Shown here: one piece after another, positions 14,268-27,800 of the stretch | Position numbering within the stretch: position 1 is the first letter of the stretch | Layout of the letters: every line of letters begins with the position of its first letter | From: Chiloscyllium plagiosum | Taxonomy: Eukaryota | Reading direction: 5' to 3' | Assembly (NCBI RefSeq): GCF_004010195.1 | Contig: NC_057751.1 | Span: 12,257,508 to 12,321,507 of the forward strand | Length of the DNA: 64,000 nucleotides | The notes under the pieces: generated by a model | What the model saw: only the letters and a program-made list of their open reading frames with translations | Databases searched by the model: none | What the model was told of the DNA's origin: nothing | Position numbers and translations under genes: made by a program

Positions 14268-14331
14268 AACCAAACTGGTCACTCAAATGGTGTTTCAACT
14301 CCTCAGGAAACCAAATCAGGAGCAATGATAT

Positions 14332-14542
14332 TGAAAAACTCCACTGAGGCTGGGATCCTGTCACCAAGTCACCCTTTAATTACGCATGAACAGTTCTTGA
14401 CTATAGTTCAGCCTCACACAGATTAAGGTTCAAGAGTGATGCCCACTCTTCTTGCATATCAGCAGAGGTGCTGTTAATCTGGTACAATCAGGGAATTCGT
14501 AACTGTGAGGTCCAGTTGGTTGACCTTGTTACAATCATTACA
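14332..14542 (-). mobile_element. Solo LTR related to the Gypsy LTRs
   Basis: TGAAAAACTCCACTGAGGCTGGGATCCTGTCACCAAGTCACCCTT...TTACAATCATTACA resembles both LTRs; flanked by GATAT/GATAG (4 of 5 TSD match). Confidence 0.8.
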
Positions 14543-14742
14543 GATAGATCTTTTAACAATTACTCATCAAACACAGGCGCCACCAGCAAGGCTCGAACTT
14601 ATTGCTCATCCCAAACTGCTCTTGATAAAGTAGTGTTGAAATGCCTCCCTCAACAACTGCAGTTCCTGGTTGTCACTACTCACAGTGCTGTTTAGAAGGC
14701 AGTTCCAGGATTCTGATCCAAAGATAGTGAAAGAACAGCCAT

Positions 14743-14836
14743 CAGGATGAAGGGCTTATGCCCGATACGTTGATTCTCCTGCTCTTCGATGCTGCCTGAC
14801 CTGCTGTGCCTTTCCAGCACCACACTCTTGTCTACT
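14743..14836 (+). mobile_element. Penelope-like family A fragment
   Basis: GATGAAGGGCTTATGCCCGATACGTTGATTCTCCTGCTC...CCAGCACCACACTC. Confidence 0.8.
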
Positions 14837-17224
14837 ACTTTGCAGATTAAGGAGCTGAGCTTCTTGCTACACAATAACCAATGTATGACACGTTTTTGTC
14901 ATCTCAGTATCCACATGGCTGAAAACAGTATACTACAAGTAAAGTGCTGTTGTATTTGGAAGGTACATTTGGCACCTTGAAACATTGGGAATGAGGAGAT
15001 AAAAGGGCAGACATTGTATTTCTTGTGCTTGCATAGGAAGGTGCTGTTGGAAAGACTTAAAGTGAAAGCAATCAAAGAGTGGGCCAGGATGCATGAGAGG
15101 AAATATCCTTTGGAAATTATGAAAGGGAGATGAAGGTGTTTGGTTCTGACATCAGGCTAAAAATGGTTAAAACTGTGATGGATGATTTGGTGAATAAAGA
15201 GTGGAGGTCAGGACAAGGGAAACCCTTTTACAGTTTTGGGATGAGCAATACAGGGCAAAAGGAACATGTGGGAATTCACACATATGTATTTGAGGATCAT
15301 GTTATTCAAGATACAGAGAATTTTCAGTCCCACCAGGAAAGACTTGCAGAATGCATGCTTGCCAATATTTTGGAAGTTTTCCAAAAGACAAGTTCTTATG
15401 CTTAGGGTGTTGAGGGTTACCTCAGTGATGCTGCATGCTTATATGCATGACAAAGAGTTAACAGTTCATTCTGAACTGAGAACCAAAAGGCTAATATATC
15501 AGTGACTGCACCATGGAAGAGGTTTCTTGTAATTGACATATAAAATCACGAAGCTGTTTCTCTCACCCCACCCCCCCCAATCCACCTCCACCTCAGTGAA
15601 TTCAAGAAAGTCACCTTTGTAGATGTGTCAATCTTACTTATTAAATTCAGGGTGGAAAAAAATTGCCAGAGAGCTTGTTTGTAATAATCCTTTGATATTT
15701 CTGGAGAGCTTGCAACATTGTGAAATAAAATAGCATTTCATTTTTTTATTAAGTCTCATAAAAATCCTTGCAGCTTTGTCAACATAAATCAATTGAGTTC
15801 AAGTGATGCAGAATAAAATCAAATCAGTGGAAAATGAAAGCAAATTATGCAAATTGTAAACATAACACATTATGTTTAAACATTCTTTCATCACAGCAAA
15901 AGAAATGCTTGCACTCCTTGCACTGCAGAATGCTAGAACAGGTTATAAGATTGTGAATGCTTCTATCATTCATCATGCTGAATATCTTTGTAACAGTATG
16001 AAAATGATAAACTGTGGGGCTGCACCACAAACTCACAATCACTGATGTCTTTTGTGCTTAAATCTATAATTGGTGATATGGCATCATTTTTAGAACAGGC
16101 TACGGAACTTCCACCGGCTGTGCAGTTAGTTCCTGTTTGGTGACCAGCATAAAATTTGACCACCGAAGAATGTAATTTCATGGAAATCATTTTGTACAGT
16201 TTTAGCACTTAATTTGCTGTCAAAGTAACTGTGAAGTTGAAGGCACTTTTTATGATTTATGTTCCAATGCAAAGGCATGGAACAGATGTGTGAGTAAATG
16301 CCCAAATCAAGAAAAATAGGTTTGGGGTGCACTGCACTGCGGTTAGCTTTGCATAAAAAGCATGTTGGTATCTGTCTCATCATGTAAATGTATTGAGCAA
16401 CATGAAGCTACCCTTGTGCAGTAGATCGAACATCTTTCATCATTGAAAGATAAGTCAAGTCTCAGTAACCACTTCACAATGTGTTAATTACTGCCAGTCA
16501 ATAAGCATGTTAATTGTGGCTTGGTGATTCTTTGGTTACAAATTAGAAACTACAATTTTTCTCACTTAATCTCATCAGTCTTTTCCTCTCTTTTTTCATT
16601 TGTATCTGATATTACCCTGAATTCACCAATCTCAGTTAGTCTTCCATATTCAAACCTTTCATTGGCCATTTCGCAACCTTTCAATCTGCTTTAAGGATGT
16701 AAATTATCTGCAGTCTCATTCACATAGAATTAAAAACCTTGTTTTCTTTTGTTGGAGGGAACATTAGCAGCTTCGTGTGACTATGGTTATCATGGTTACC
16801 AAACCGCAAAATAAATAGGACTGATAAAGCTAGATTTCACTACGAGATCAGACTCGTCAGATATTACCATTAGCCTGGATCATAAAACTCACTAACCCAC
16901 AATGATGACTAACAAAACTTCCAAACCAAATTTTCAACTGGTCTATTTAATTTTGCAAGGTGAACAATTGTTTTGCAGTAATTCTTCTTGTAACCATAAT
17001 TTTGTTCAAATTTTAATTTACAGGAGACATTTATCCATGCCACACTACTTAGTTTCAAGGTGTGCTCAGTCTGTGCTGAAATAAAGCACCAATCTTATTA
17101 CCAATCTGCCAATTCAGGTTGAGGTCCTTTTCCCAATCTTGGGGCATTCCTCAGCTCATTACAGCTAATAAAGTACTGCTGAACTATTTGTTTTTTTCCC
17201 AATAAGGTGGCAGCTGCATAGGAC

Positions 17225-17720
17225 ACTCCCACCGGGGCTCCTCCGCTCTGCCCATTCTTTGTTTCCCTCCATCTCTCCTCCTTCTCTTGGGTTTGTATAC
17301 CTGGTCCTGGCCTCCGAAGCAAAGTTGGTGGTCATGCTGGCTGCCAGAGTGGGAATGCTAGCCACCAGCAGCTGGAGTGGGGACACCAGCGACGAGCAAC
17401 CCGGAGCAGGTAGGCTCAGTGCAGAGCATGGTAGCAGCTAGCGGTCAGACTCTCATAGAGGTCCCCGACATTGATCTGCTGCAGAAAGCCCTTGGAGACA
17501 GGCTGTGATATCTGTCTTTTTAACTTTGCTTCTAGTTTTTTCTGATCGATGGTCAAATTTTTATAGCTGTATGTAACTTATTTTCATAATTTTTTTGTTC
17601 TGCAACTAAAGATTGTACAAAGGTGCATTTGTACCTAAGATGACATTCTAAGTGGCAACTTACAAACTTTTCACTGTACTCATTTGAGTATGTGTGACAA
17701 TAAAGCTAATACAATTCAAA
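17225..17720 (+). mobile_element. GC-rich non-coding retroposon with a Rex1-like 3' tail
   Basis: Ends in CTTTTCACTGTACTCATTTGAGTATGTGTGACAATAAAG plus short repeats. The family assignment is tentative. Confidence 0.5.
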
Positions 17721-19427
17721 GATCTTATCACTGTTGTTATGAAGGAAATATAGTTTTCAACTTCCCATTTTGGCAAATTTACTTGTGTCATAGTAATTAT
17801 AGCATAAGAGCATTCTTCAAATAGTTTGCAAGCTGGGTCATCAATCACACTGGAAATCAGTGTCACATATTTATAGAGAAAGCCCACCATCTTTACCTCA
17901 TGAATGCCTTTGAGTATTTGTCCGGATTTGGTAAATTTGACTCAATCAAGTGAGTCAACATTTATATCCAACTGTTCTGAAGTTATGGACTTCTGAAAAT
18001 GCTAAAATGTTTTGTAGTAGTAGATTTATTTATCTGTTGGAGACCTGGGTGACAGTAGCAAGGCCAGCATTGATTGCTTATGCCTGGCTGCTGGAGAAAG
18101 TACTCCGTTAGTCCATTGGATGAAAGCGCTCTCACAGGGCTGTCAGGGAGAGAGTTTGAAGATTTTGATTGGGTCAGGGTTAAGAATGGAAGTGTTATCT
18201 ATGTTTGAAACAGGATGATGCAGGGCTTGGAGTGGAGCTCACAAGTGATGATGTCTCCATGCACCTTCTGCCATTTTTCTTCCGGGGGCAAAGGTTACAG
18301 GTTTGGGAATCAATGTCAAAACCCGTTTGTTGTGGCCATCCTTTTCTGCATTATTAAGGAGCATTGTTTCAGGAAAAAAAGTACTTGAGAGCATTAGAAT
18401 CCTATAAAATCTATGAAGGTGGATATTTTTAGCATTGTCATTTGAAATAAATTCTAGAATTGCTGCAGTATGCGTCACACATGGTATAAAAACATTGGAG
18501 GATGAGTCAGCCCCTACCATTTGAGGAAAACAGACTTTTTAAGGGTTATTTGAGAAAACAATTTCAAACTGGTAACAGGCTGTCACAAAACCTTGGGCAT
18601 AATTCAGGAGTCTGGTTGGTAGACTGACCTCTGAGCCAAGAGACAGTATACCTGATCCATGAAGCAGTCTTGTAGCTCTTGTGATTTGCATTATGTTCCA
18701 CTTCCACGTTCACTCTGCTCTCAGGCAAAATATTACACGTTTCTCTACATTTGTAAATTTGTATCTTTACAATGTTTTTGCTCATGGTTGGACTGAATCC
18801 AAATGTTTCCTTATCCTGAAACGTCTTTGCTATGAGATGGAATGTGATGCAAAGAATGACTCTGATCCAATAAATCTGATACTGGTAACTGCAGTGTCTT
18901 AAAATGCAGTGCAGTCCTTTTGTACCATAGGAATCATTTGTTGCAATGCTATTGAGGTTTATTTTGAATTTTTGGGAGTATAACACATCTTTCCCTGGAA
19001 GACAGAAACAATGAATGCATGACTGATCTGAAAAATGCAGTGAAATAAAACTGAGTTCAAATTGCGCAGGGTGAAGACACCAAATTTAAATCAGAGCAAT
19101 TGGTTCTTTCAACAATCTGTGACACACTGGGGGTCTTGCTGCCAAATGTTTAATATCAAAGCGGCCTGCAGCTGATCTGCTTTTCCATGACGCCAACAGG
19201 CAGCAGGTTGATTATTGCCCATGTCGGTCAAACACTGAAGGTTAATTTCACCCTTAGTGGGTCATATTACCCACAAGTGATAATAACCTCATGGAATGAA
19301 ACTATCCCTGCCAGACAATTCCATTGATAATGAAGAATTCAGCCAATAAAAGCTAACTCTTTGAATTATTTAGCTGTCCCTCACCATTAATAAACCAGCT
19401 CAAAAATTGGTGTTGAAGTAGGACGGT

Positions 19428-19650
19428 ATGATTAGATTCCCTACAGTGCGGAAACAAGTCCACACTGACCCTCCAAAGAGTAACCCACTCAGACCCATTC
19501 ACCTACTCCCTACTAATACACCTATCATTATGGGCAATTTAGCACGGCCAATGTGCAAACTCCACACAGACAGTCACCCAAGGCTGGAATCGGAATCGAA
19601 CCTTGGTCCCTGGCACTGCGAGGCAGCAGTGCTAACCACTGAGCCAGTGT
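19428..19650 (-). mobile_element. HE1-type V-SINE, internally deleted
   Basis: Reverse complement of the V-SINE head and V-domain (GTGCAAACTCCACACAGACAGTCACCC...GAGGCAGCAGTGCTAACCACTGAGCC). Confidence 0.85.
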
Positions 19651-22600
19651 GTTTAGGTACAGTTCTTAGTTCTGTTCCCATAACTTCATCAGATCTGTCA
19701 AGACCAATCCCTGAACTCTTCATCATGTTACTATCTTTTCACATCGGCTCAATGGACTTGTATTATTCCATGCTTTATTGTGTTTTAATGTTTTGAAGCA
19801 ATATACGACCTCAAAAATTTTCAATCTATATGTCACTGCCTGTGTGACGCACAACACATTCGAAGATCTTTATTTTTATTCCACAGAGACATAAAACATT
19901 TCTTCAATTATTAGACTTCCTGACAAAAAAAACTAAAACTAATTATAACTTACGCCAGTCAAAACTCATTAAAGCAAACTCATGGGGTGCTGGCAAAGTG
20001 CTTTCTTTCGAATGACTGCGATAGTCTATAACATTACACTGGAGCATCTGTCACAACCAGGAAATTATGTTATAACAGCTCTGTATGGCTACATTTTAAA
20101 TATTTTGTTCTAAGTGAGCTTGTTGCAATCTTAAAACAGTTAAAGGTAGTATTTGTGAGCTGAGTGACTAGTCGTTAAGTGTCTTTGCTTTTACATTATC
20201 CAGCTCCTTGATGGAATCTTACACCAGAATTGAGCAATGCATTTTGCAGCCATCACAAACTGACATTTCCAAAGTACTAAAAATACATCGAGGAGGGAAT
20301 AACCTGAATGTTTTCACAGATGCGAAATGACAATAGTAATTTAAGGAGAGTTGTGGAGATTTATGGTGGTTTATTTAAAACGGGAATATTGTTGCTCCCT
20401 GTATTGTCTTTTCCTTCACCAGGGGCCCGAATGGTTGAGTAACTATCAAATTGCTGTTGACTTGCTTCATTGCATTAGAACGAGGACATTGTCAGATGAA
20501 ATAAGTTCAACTAAGTTTCCTTTGTATTCAGCAAAGTCCTTCCATTGCAATGACAACATTGCTTGACCTTCATTCTGTATTCATCAGCAACCAAGTGCCT
20601 GCATCAAGAACACTCATGTCTGATGTCCTGCTGGACAACTACTCGGCCAAGTTTAGATTGTACCATTAGTGTATGTTGTGATTACAGTCTCTGAAGAGAA
20701 TCCCTTATGCATTTGCATGACACTGACATTTCCAAAGTTGCATTCCTAGATATTATTTTGCTTTTTGTTTTATGCTGGCAAAACATTGTTTTAGAAGTGG
20801 GGTTTGAGATTGATAAGTGATTTCTTTTGCACTACCTCAGAGGGAGAAAAGAGAATCACAGTTCTCTTGTCTGAAGCCAGGGGTAGGCTGAGGAATAACC
20901 AGAGTTAGAATAAAAATGAGAAGTACTCAGAGTCTGAGGTAAGAATTGATTGATATATCTCTTGGTTAGCTGATCGGTGAGTTAAGATTTCAGTGCTGAT
21001 CTGCAAATAAAGCAATGTGGCCAGACCCAACGGGCTACCCTATCTATTTTATCAAACACAATCCTGGCTTTTCTCTATTTACTGAACAGGCAGAGAATAC
21101 TTTTATGTAAAGTATAAAGCTACGAAGGGTTGGTGATGGAGTAAGTGAATGGCTAACCGATTTCAATATAAGCAAATGTGAGGTTTGAACCCAAAAATGA
21201 TACATGTTGTAAATGAATAGTGAAAAAACAATAAGCAGTGCTCGTCCAAAGAGAATTTTCAACCTGATTGGTGGATTTTGATTCCCCGTTGATATTCTGG
21301 AGTAGAGCAAAATGGTAGGTTAAAAGTGTTGGTAACAGAAATATCATGATATTATTGAATGGCAGTGGCTTCCTCCTCTTCATATTCAAGTTTTATGGAT
21401 GACCAGCAAATTCTGGTGACAACTATGTCTTGGAAGAAGAATAAAGGGGGAGAAAAAAGCAAATCTCCTGAGATTCATTCTTGAATGGGAGAATCTTACT
21501 TGGTATTTTCTCCCTTGGTGGACTCCCAATATCAGCAAGTGCTTTCAGTCACACAAAACCGCCTCTTAATATTGGCATTGTAGTCCAAGGATTGTAGTCC
21601 AAAACTGACAAGTAACTCAGACTGACTGGGTCTCCTTTCTTGTAATACTGTGCTGTGTTCCACTCATGCCTCCTGCTCTAATAGGTCAAGAAGGGTTAAT
21701 TCATTTATGACACATGGAGAAATGTGTGCAGCTGAAGGGCACAGAATGGGCACATGTCACTGTTTGGTTACTGCGTGCCATTGCAACATGACAGCCCAGG
21801 GATAGAAAATTTGGCAGCAGGAGAAAATCATTCACTCAGGTCATTCCTATCACATTCACTATCAAAGTCAAGGCTAACACAATTTAGCAATACCTCATAA
21901 CAAAAATTAAATCATGACATCGAATTATTCCGAGAAAGCTGATTGAGTGGTGAGCTGCAGATTGCAATAGCTCATGTGCACTGCAAACTATATGTGCCAG
22001 ATGGTGCAACAGAGGAATCTGGTAATGTGCCATACACCAGACGCGTTTTTAAAAGCACTGCAAGAGGGCACCCCAAGGTTCCTGCCTGCTTGCACCTTTG
22101 TTAAGTGGCACAAAAGCATGACTCTGCAGGTGGGCTCAAACACAGTCTTGGAGTGCTCCCCACCCATCTGTCACAGTAAGTGAAATGAAGGGACAGAGGG
22201 AGGTGACCTGAATGGGAGTCAGACTTCTGCATGACATGTGCATCCAGCCAATCTCCAACTGGTTTTCTGAGTCAGGTTCCACCACTTATAAAGTGGTGCA
22301 GCAACGATGAAACTGGCTGTTGCAAATAAGCAACCTGGCTGCCACATTCCATTCATAGAAAATCTGCAAATAGCTTAAAGGGGAAGAATCCCCAGGCATC
22401 ATTTGCAATACCAGGTAGGGAGCAGAGAACACTGACCGCAGTTGAAAAGTCACCTGGTTAACTAAATTTTAGAGAAGAAAATCTCCAGTTCTCCAGCCCA
22501 GATCATTGCAATATCTTGAGTAGGACGATAATACCAATTGCTCACCCTTACAAAGCTATGTGAACTCTTGTAAGGAAGCAAAAGGTGGAGCTCATCTTTC

Positions 22601-24794
22601 TCTTCTAAATTGAGTGAAAAGAAGTGGCTCCAACTACTTAAAACAAAAGGTGAAAACGTTTACTTAATGAGCTGTTACTGGAGTCAGGTTGCAGTGTGTG
22701 TACACTGATGGATGATAGTGCAAGGGCTGCAAAACAGAGATTAGCTGAGTATCAACTTCATGCAAAATGTACAGTCTAATTCAGTCATATGTCAGCCCCA
22801 ACATTAGAATGTATTTTCTTCAAAAACATGGCATTTGCGTTGTTCAAGTTTACTCAGAAAATGCCAGCAAATTACAAATATATCATTTTGTTCTCTTGGT
22901 ATTTGTAGTCAGCTTCACAGAGAACTTCAGAACAATTCCACTCGAGCACAAAATCAAGGCTGCTTCTTCAGTGCAGGACTTAAGAAGTGCTGCACTGTCT
23001 GTAATGCCATTTTCCCTGAGATGTCTAAACTAAGGACATGCCTCATTTATCAGGCAAACTCAAAAGATCCCATGACAACATTTTATCTATTTAAGAAATC
23101 AAATACAAAGCCATAACAAAGGAAAATATGGAGGAAACTTTCACCCAAAACAGGATTTGGTGGAAATACTCTGTTGGTCAGGAAGCAATGGCAAAGAGAG
23201 AAACAGAATGAACAATTCAGATCAAAACTCACATCATTGGACTCGTGCAGTGCAGGTTTTTTTACTAATCTAATTGCCATTCTCACTTCATGAATGAATG
23301 ACGATCTCTCATGGACATGTTTAGCAACAGAGAAAAACAGCAATAGTGATTCCATAGGGAGGCATTATTTGCCGTGAACAGACAAACCTAAAATCAATGT
23401 TGGTGTTACATAATGAAAGAAATTTCTGAAGCCCACGACGAGCCTGAAATGTGGACTTCATACTTAATTTTGTCCAACAGCAGACTGCATTCAAACAAGA
23501 GCCAGAGAGCTCTTCCAATGTCCTATTGAACATTTATCACACAACTGTTGAATCAAATTATCCAATCCTTTATCTCACTGCTGCTGGTGTCTGGATTGAT
23601 TGTGGTGCTTCCCTGAAACTGTGACTACAATTGAAAAGTATATTGTTTATTGTGAAATGATGCCTGAATGTTATGAAAACCTGAATGCAAGTTTTACATC
23701 TTATTTTGTATTAACAGTTCGGAACTATGAGCAGAATTTTCCTCTCCCTATCTTGGCGTGAGTAATGATGAGAAAGATGGGAAAATACAGTGAAAGTAAA
23801 TGAAATCAAATTCTTGGTGTTCGGAAAAATTGTCACAATTTTTGCCTCGAGCCTTTAATGGCAACTTCAGAAGCTCACCCTTGAGTGGTGAGTACCTTAT
23901 TTCATATACTTGCATCTTCTTAAAATCCCAACTCCTCTTACTTTCTTCCAACTTTCAATTTTCCTTTTCCACCGAGATAATGCCAATTCCACAGAAAATT
24001 CAGTGTAGATACATGACAATTGCAGCTCCCTGAACACCTGTCCCAGCCATCAGGCAGGATCATGTTCATTGGACAACATCTTCTTCGACCCTTCATCCAT
24101 GCAAAAGCAGCATCAGCAAACCACCAACCTCAGCAAATCATTAAGCATACACCTGGATCAACTCACGTGCCACTTCCTTACTACAGTTTAGGGCTTAGGG
24201 GTAGCTATGATTTGTATGTTTCTGCCAGTTTGCTTTGCACACAAAGACACACATACATCTCCTGCATCAGTTCGGGCATGTCATACTCAGTCAAGGGGTC
24301 AGTCCTACTCCAGACAAGAGTGCTGGCCACAGTCAGTCAGGCATTTGGTCCAAGCAAAGTCTAGAAATTCAAGTCTCTGCAGCCTGGGAACTTGCCCACA
24401 GTCGGCCTTGCAGATCAACTGAAATCCATCTGGGGATGACAGGTGCACAGTCAGGAGACTTCAGTTTCGGAGACTGTGCCGTGGTCAGTATGGGGGTTTG
24501 GTCAATAATGATCAGGGACCTTATCAGGGGTCAGTCCATGGAGTCCTGGGGAAAGTGGACAGCCCAAGCCTGAGAATAAGCTTCATTGTATTGATTTATT
24601 GAAGTAGCAATGGTGAGAGGGAGAAGCTGCAAATTGTGGGGTGAGATGTCTTAGTCAATAGGGTGGAACTGGAAGCTCGAGGTTCAGGGGCTCAAAGAGT
24701 TCAGAATAACAATGGCCTCTCCGTGGAGAGCATGTTAATCCAACATGGGATTTTCCAAAGACTTGGGCTCTAATCTAAAGTGGGCACAGTAAAA

Positions 24795-25500
24795 TAGAGG
24801 CATAGAACCTTTCAGTCCAACAATCCATGCTAAGTTTCCCAAACCAAACTTGTCCCATTCACCAGCATTTGACCAATATCCTTCTAAACCTTTCCTCATC
24901 ATTTACCTGTCCAACTGTCTTTTAGCTGTTATGAGTATGCCTTCATTTACTTCATTTACCACTTCCTCTGGCAGTTCATTCCTCATACGAACCTCCCTCT
25001 GTGTGAAAAAGTTGCCCATCAGCTCCCTTTTAAACCTTTCACCTCTCACCTCAAAATTATGCCCTATCATTTTGAACTCCCCCACCGTGGGGAAGAGTTT
25101 TACTATTCTCCTTATTCTTGCCCCTCATGATTTTATAAACCTCTAAGAGGTCACCTGTCAATGTTTTACGGACCAGGTAAGGAAGTCCCAACCTATCCAG
25201 CCTCTCCTTTTAACTCAAACCCTCTAGCCCCAGTAACATCCTTGGAAATCCTTACTGCACCTTCTCCAATTTAATAACATTCTTTCAATAGCGGCACAAA
25301 CAGAACTGGGCACAGTAGACCAAAAGTGGCCTCATCAACATCCTGTGCAACTGCAATATGATGTCCCAACTCTTATACTCAATGGCTTGAGCATTGAAGG
25401 TAAGCATGCCAAACACCTTCTTGACTACACTGTCTACCTGTAACATTACTTTCAGGGAACTATGTACTTGAACCCATGGATCTTTCTGTTCGACAAAAGC
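24795..25500 (-). mobile_element. CR1 LINE 3' fragment
   Basis: GHNFEVRGERFKRELMGNFFTQREVRMRNELPEEVV and QVDSVVKKVFGMLTF...LMRPLLVYCAQF. Confidence 0.92.
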
Positions 25501-27529
25501 ATTCAATCTTAATTGAAGTGGAAAATCTCTGATTTGGTGGTGGTGGTGGGGGGGAGCTCAGATGATAAATTAACATCTGGCTCAGATGTAAAACATTTGT
25601 AGTCAGTCAAAATTGAAAAGAATTTTGCTGCTATGAAAAAAAAACACTATTTCTACAAAAAATTGCTGTTTCCATCTTATTCTTTCAGGACCAGAGAATC
25701 ATTGAAATGGACGAGTTAAAAGGCACCAACAAACAAAATAAAGCATTGTTGTAAAGAGTTGTGTATTGGTTTATGTTTAAAAAGCTATTTAGTGAGCTTG
25801 AGCTCTGAACCAGAATTGGGTTCAATTGCCTTATCTTTCCAAAAAGGTTGGATGTTCTAAATCAGAAAAAAGTGGCAATGAATAGTTCATTTAATTTTGA
25901 AGATGTACTGTAATCAAGTATTAAGGTTAAAAAGCCAATATTACAATGAGCATTGAAGTAAAAGTTGAAGTGTGTTGAGTTTTTGCCGAAAGTGATTAAC
26001 AATGTGCCACTAAATCCAACAGCATCTAAACTCTACTATTTCTTACCAGCTTTGTATCTGTTGTATTTTCCTTGATTCATGTTCCAAACAAGGCTTTGGT
26101 ATCTGATTTTATCAAAAATTCATAAGGATTGAATTTTACATTGTTTTAGAATGTTTTCACTCAAACTGTCATGTGCTGTGTCTTTGCTGTATTGAACCTT
26201 CACATATTTTCAACCAATGGCTCCTTCCACCAAAAGGGACAAGGCAATACCATCAGCAATTACTCTCCCTGCAAAGCATACACCCTCCTGACTTGGATAC
26301 AATGGGGGTTAAACCCTGGAACTCTTTCTCGTACAGCACTCCAGGTGTGCTAAGACATTCAAGAGTGCAGCAATTTGAGAAGTTACCTCATCACCTTCTT
26401 AAGGGCAATTAGGGATGGGCAATAAATGTTGGCCCAACCAATGGCATCCACATCCCACAGACAAGTTAAAAAGGCTTTCAATATTGTGTTCCATTCATTC
26501 CAGGTGGAAAGGCCTTTTAGCCTTCTCTTCGATACACACCATTCCCAGCAAGAGGGGGTATGAATCTGCCCCCTTTAAAAACATTTATCAATGAGAAAAG
26601 CTGAACAGAAACATCCCCCAAGAACTCCCCCATTGTTATCACTGCAGCCTCTAAATGAGATAACATTTGTTGTTTGTGGATTCAAAGGATAAAGATGTTT
26701 CAGATACAAGACACACTTGGCTGTGTGCTGTAACACAATAGCCCATCGCAATAATTTTATGGTTTGTATTTTGGAATCCAAGAATTACACAGCATAGAAG
26801 GAGGCTAGTTGACCCAATTCCTCATGGTTATTTAGCCGAATACCTTTAATCTGTGTGTCCTTTGATACACTGATACTTTTGCATCCAGCAATGATTTCTC
26901 CTTACTTCCCCTATCAAAACCATTCATGATCTTGAACACCTTTACTAATTTCCTCTTAATCTTCTTTGGTTTAAAGAGAATACCACCAGCTTTGCCAGAC
27001 TCCCCAAGCAAATTAACTCCCTCATCCCTTTGTCATCAAGTATAAGAAGTGCAGCTTCAGGTGACAATGTCAAGGGAGGGTACATGGCAGGGGAGCTTGA
27101 ACAGTCAAGTGGACATTCTCTGGAGGAAATAGTGTCTTTTTAAACAAAGAAGCCTTGTGAAAAGAAGGAGAAATGGGCAAAGGATGTTCTCCAGCAGATG
27201 TGAACTATGGGTTTTGTCCCATGTCAATACTCTGCTTTAATAATTTAACCTTCATCTCCTTTCATGTTTGTAAAGACCTGATGCCAGTGCAATAAAGAAT
27301 CCTTGCTTCATGATTTTTGGATCAACCATGTGTTTGAATTCTTTGTTACAATCGAGTCATTCTCTTCTGCACCTAATTCAGACAGTCATCCTAAAGGGTG
27401 AACAAAACACAACGCAATGTCCTGGCTGAGTTGTGATGTTTGACATTATCTTCCTTCTTGCTCTACATTTTCAAGCTCCACATCATTTGTAAAGATTGAT
27501 ATTATGCCATTAACACACATCTAACACAG

Positions 27530-27800
27530 CTGTAGGTGAAATATTGATGATGTACACCAGTAGAGACACATCGCTACTATTTTGTGTTTTCTGAGCCCAC
27601 TGTGTCTTCATGTGCCTGCCTTTAATTATGTGAACTTCAATTTTAGAAACAAGCTTATGTTGTTCTTTAGACAATGCCTTTTGGAAGTCTTTATACATAA
27701 TATAAATCAAAATACCTTAATCAGTTCTCTGCTACTTGATCAAAAGACTTGATCCCATTCATCAAATTCATGTTGACTTTGCTTCACAGCCCAGTTTTCC
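27530..27800 (-). mobile_element. Decayed CR1 RT fragment
   Basis: IMYKDFQKALSKEQHKLVSKIEVH resembles YLDFQKAFDKVPH.RL..KI. Confidence 0.7.
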
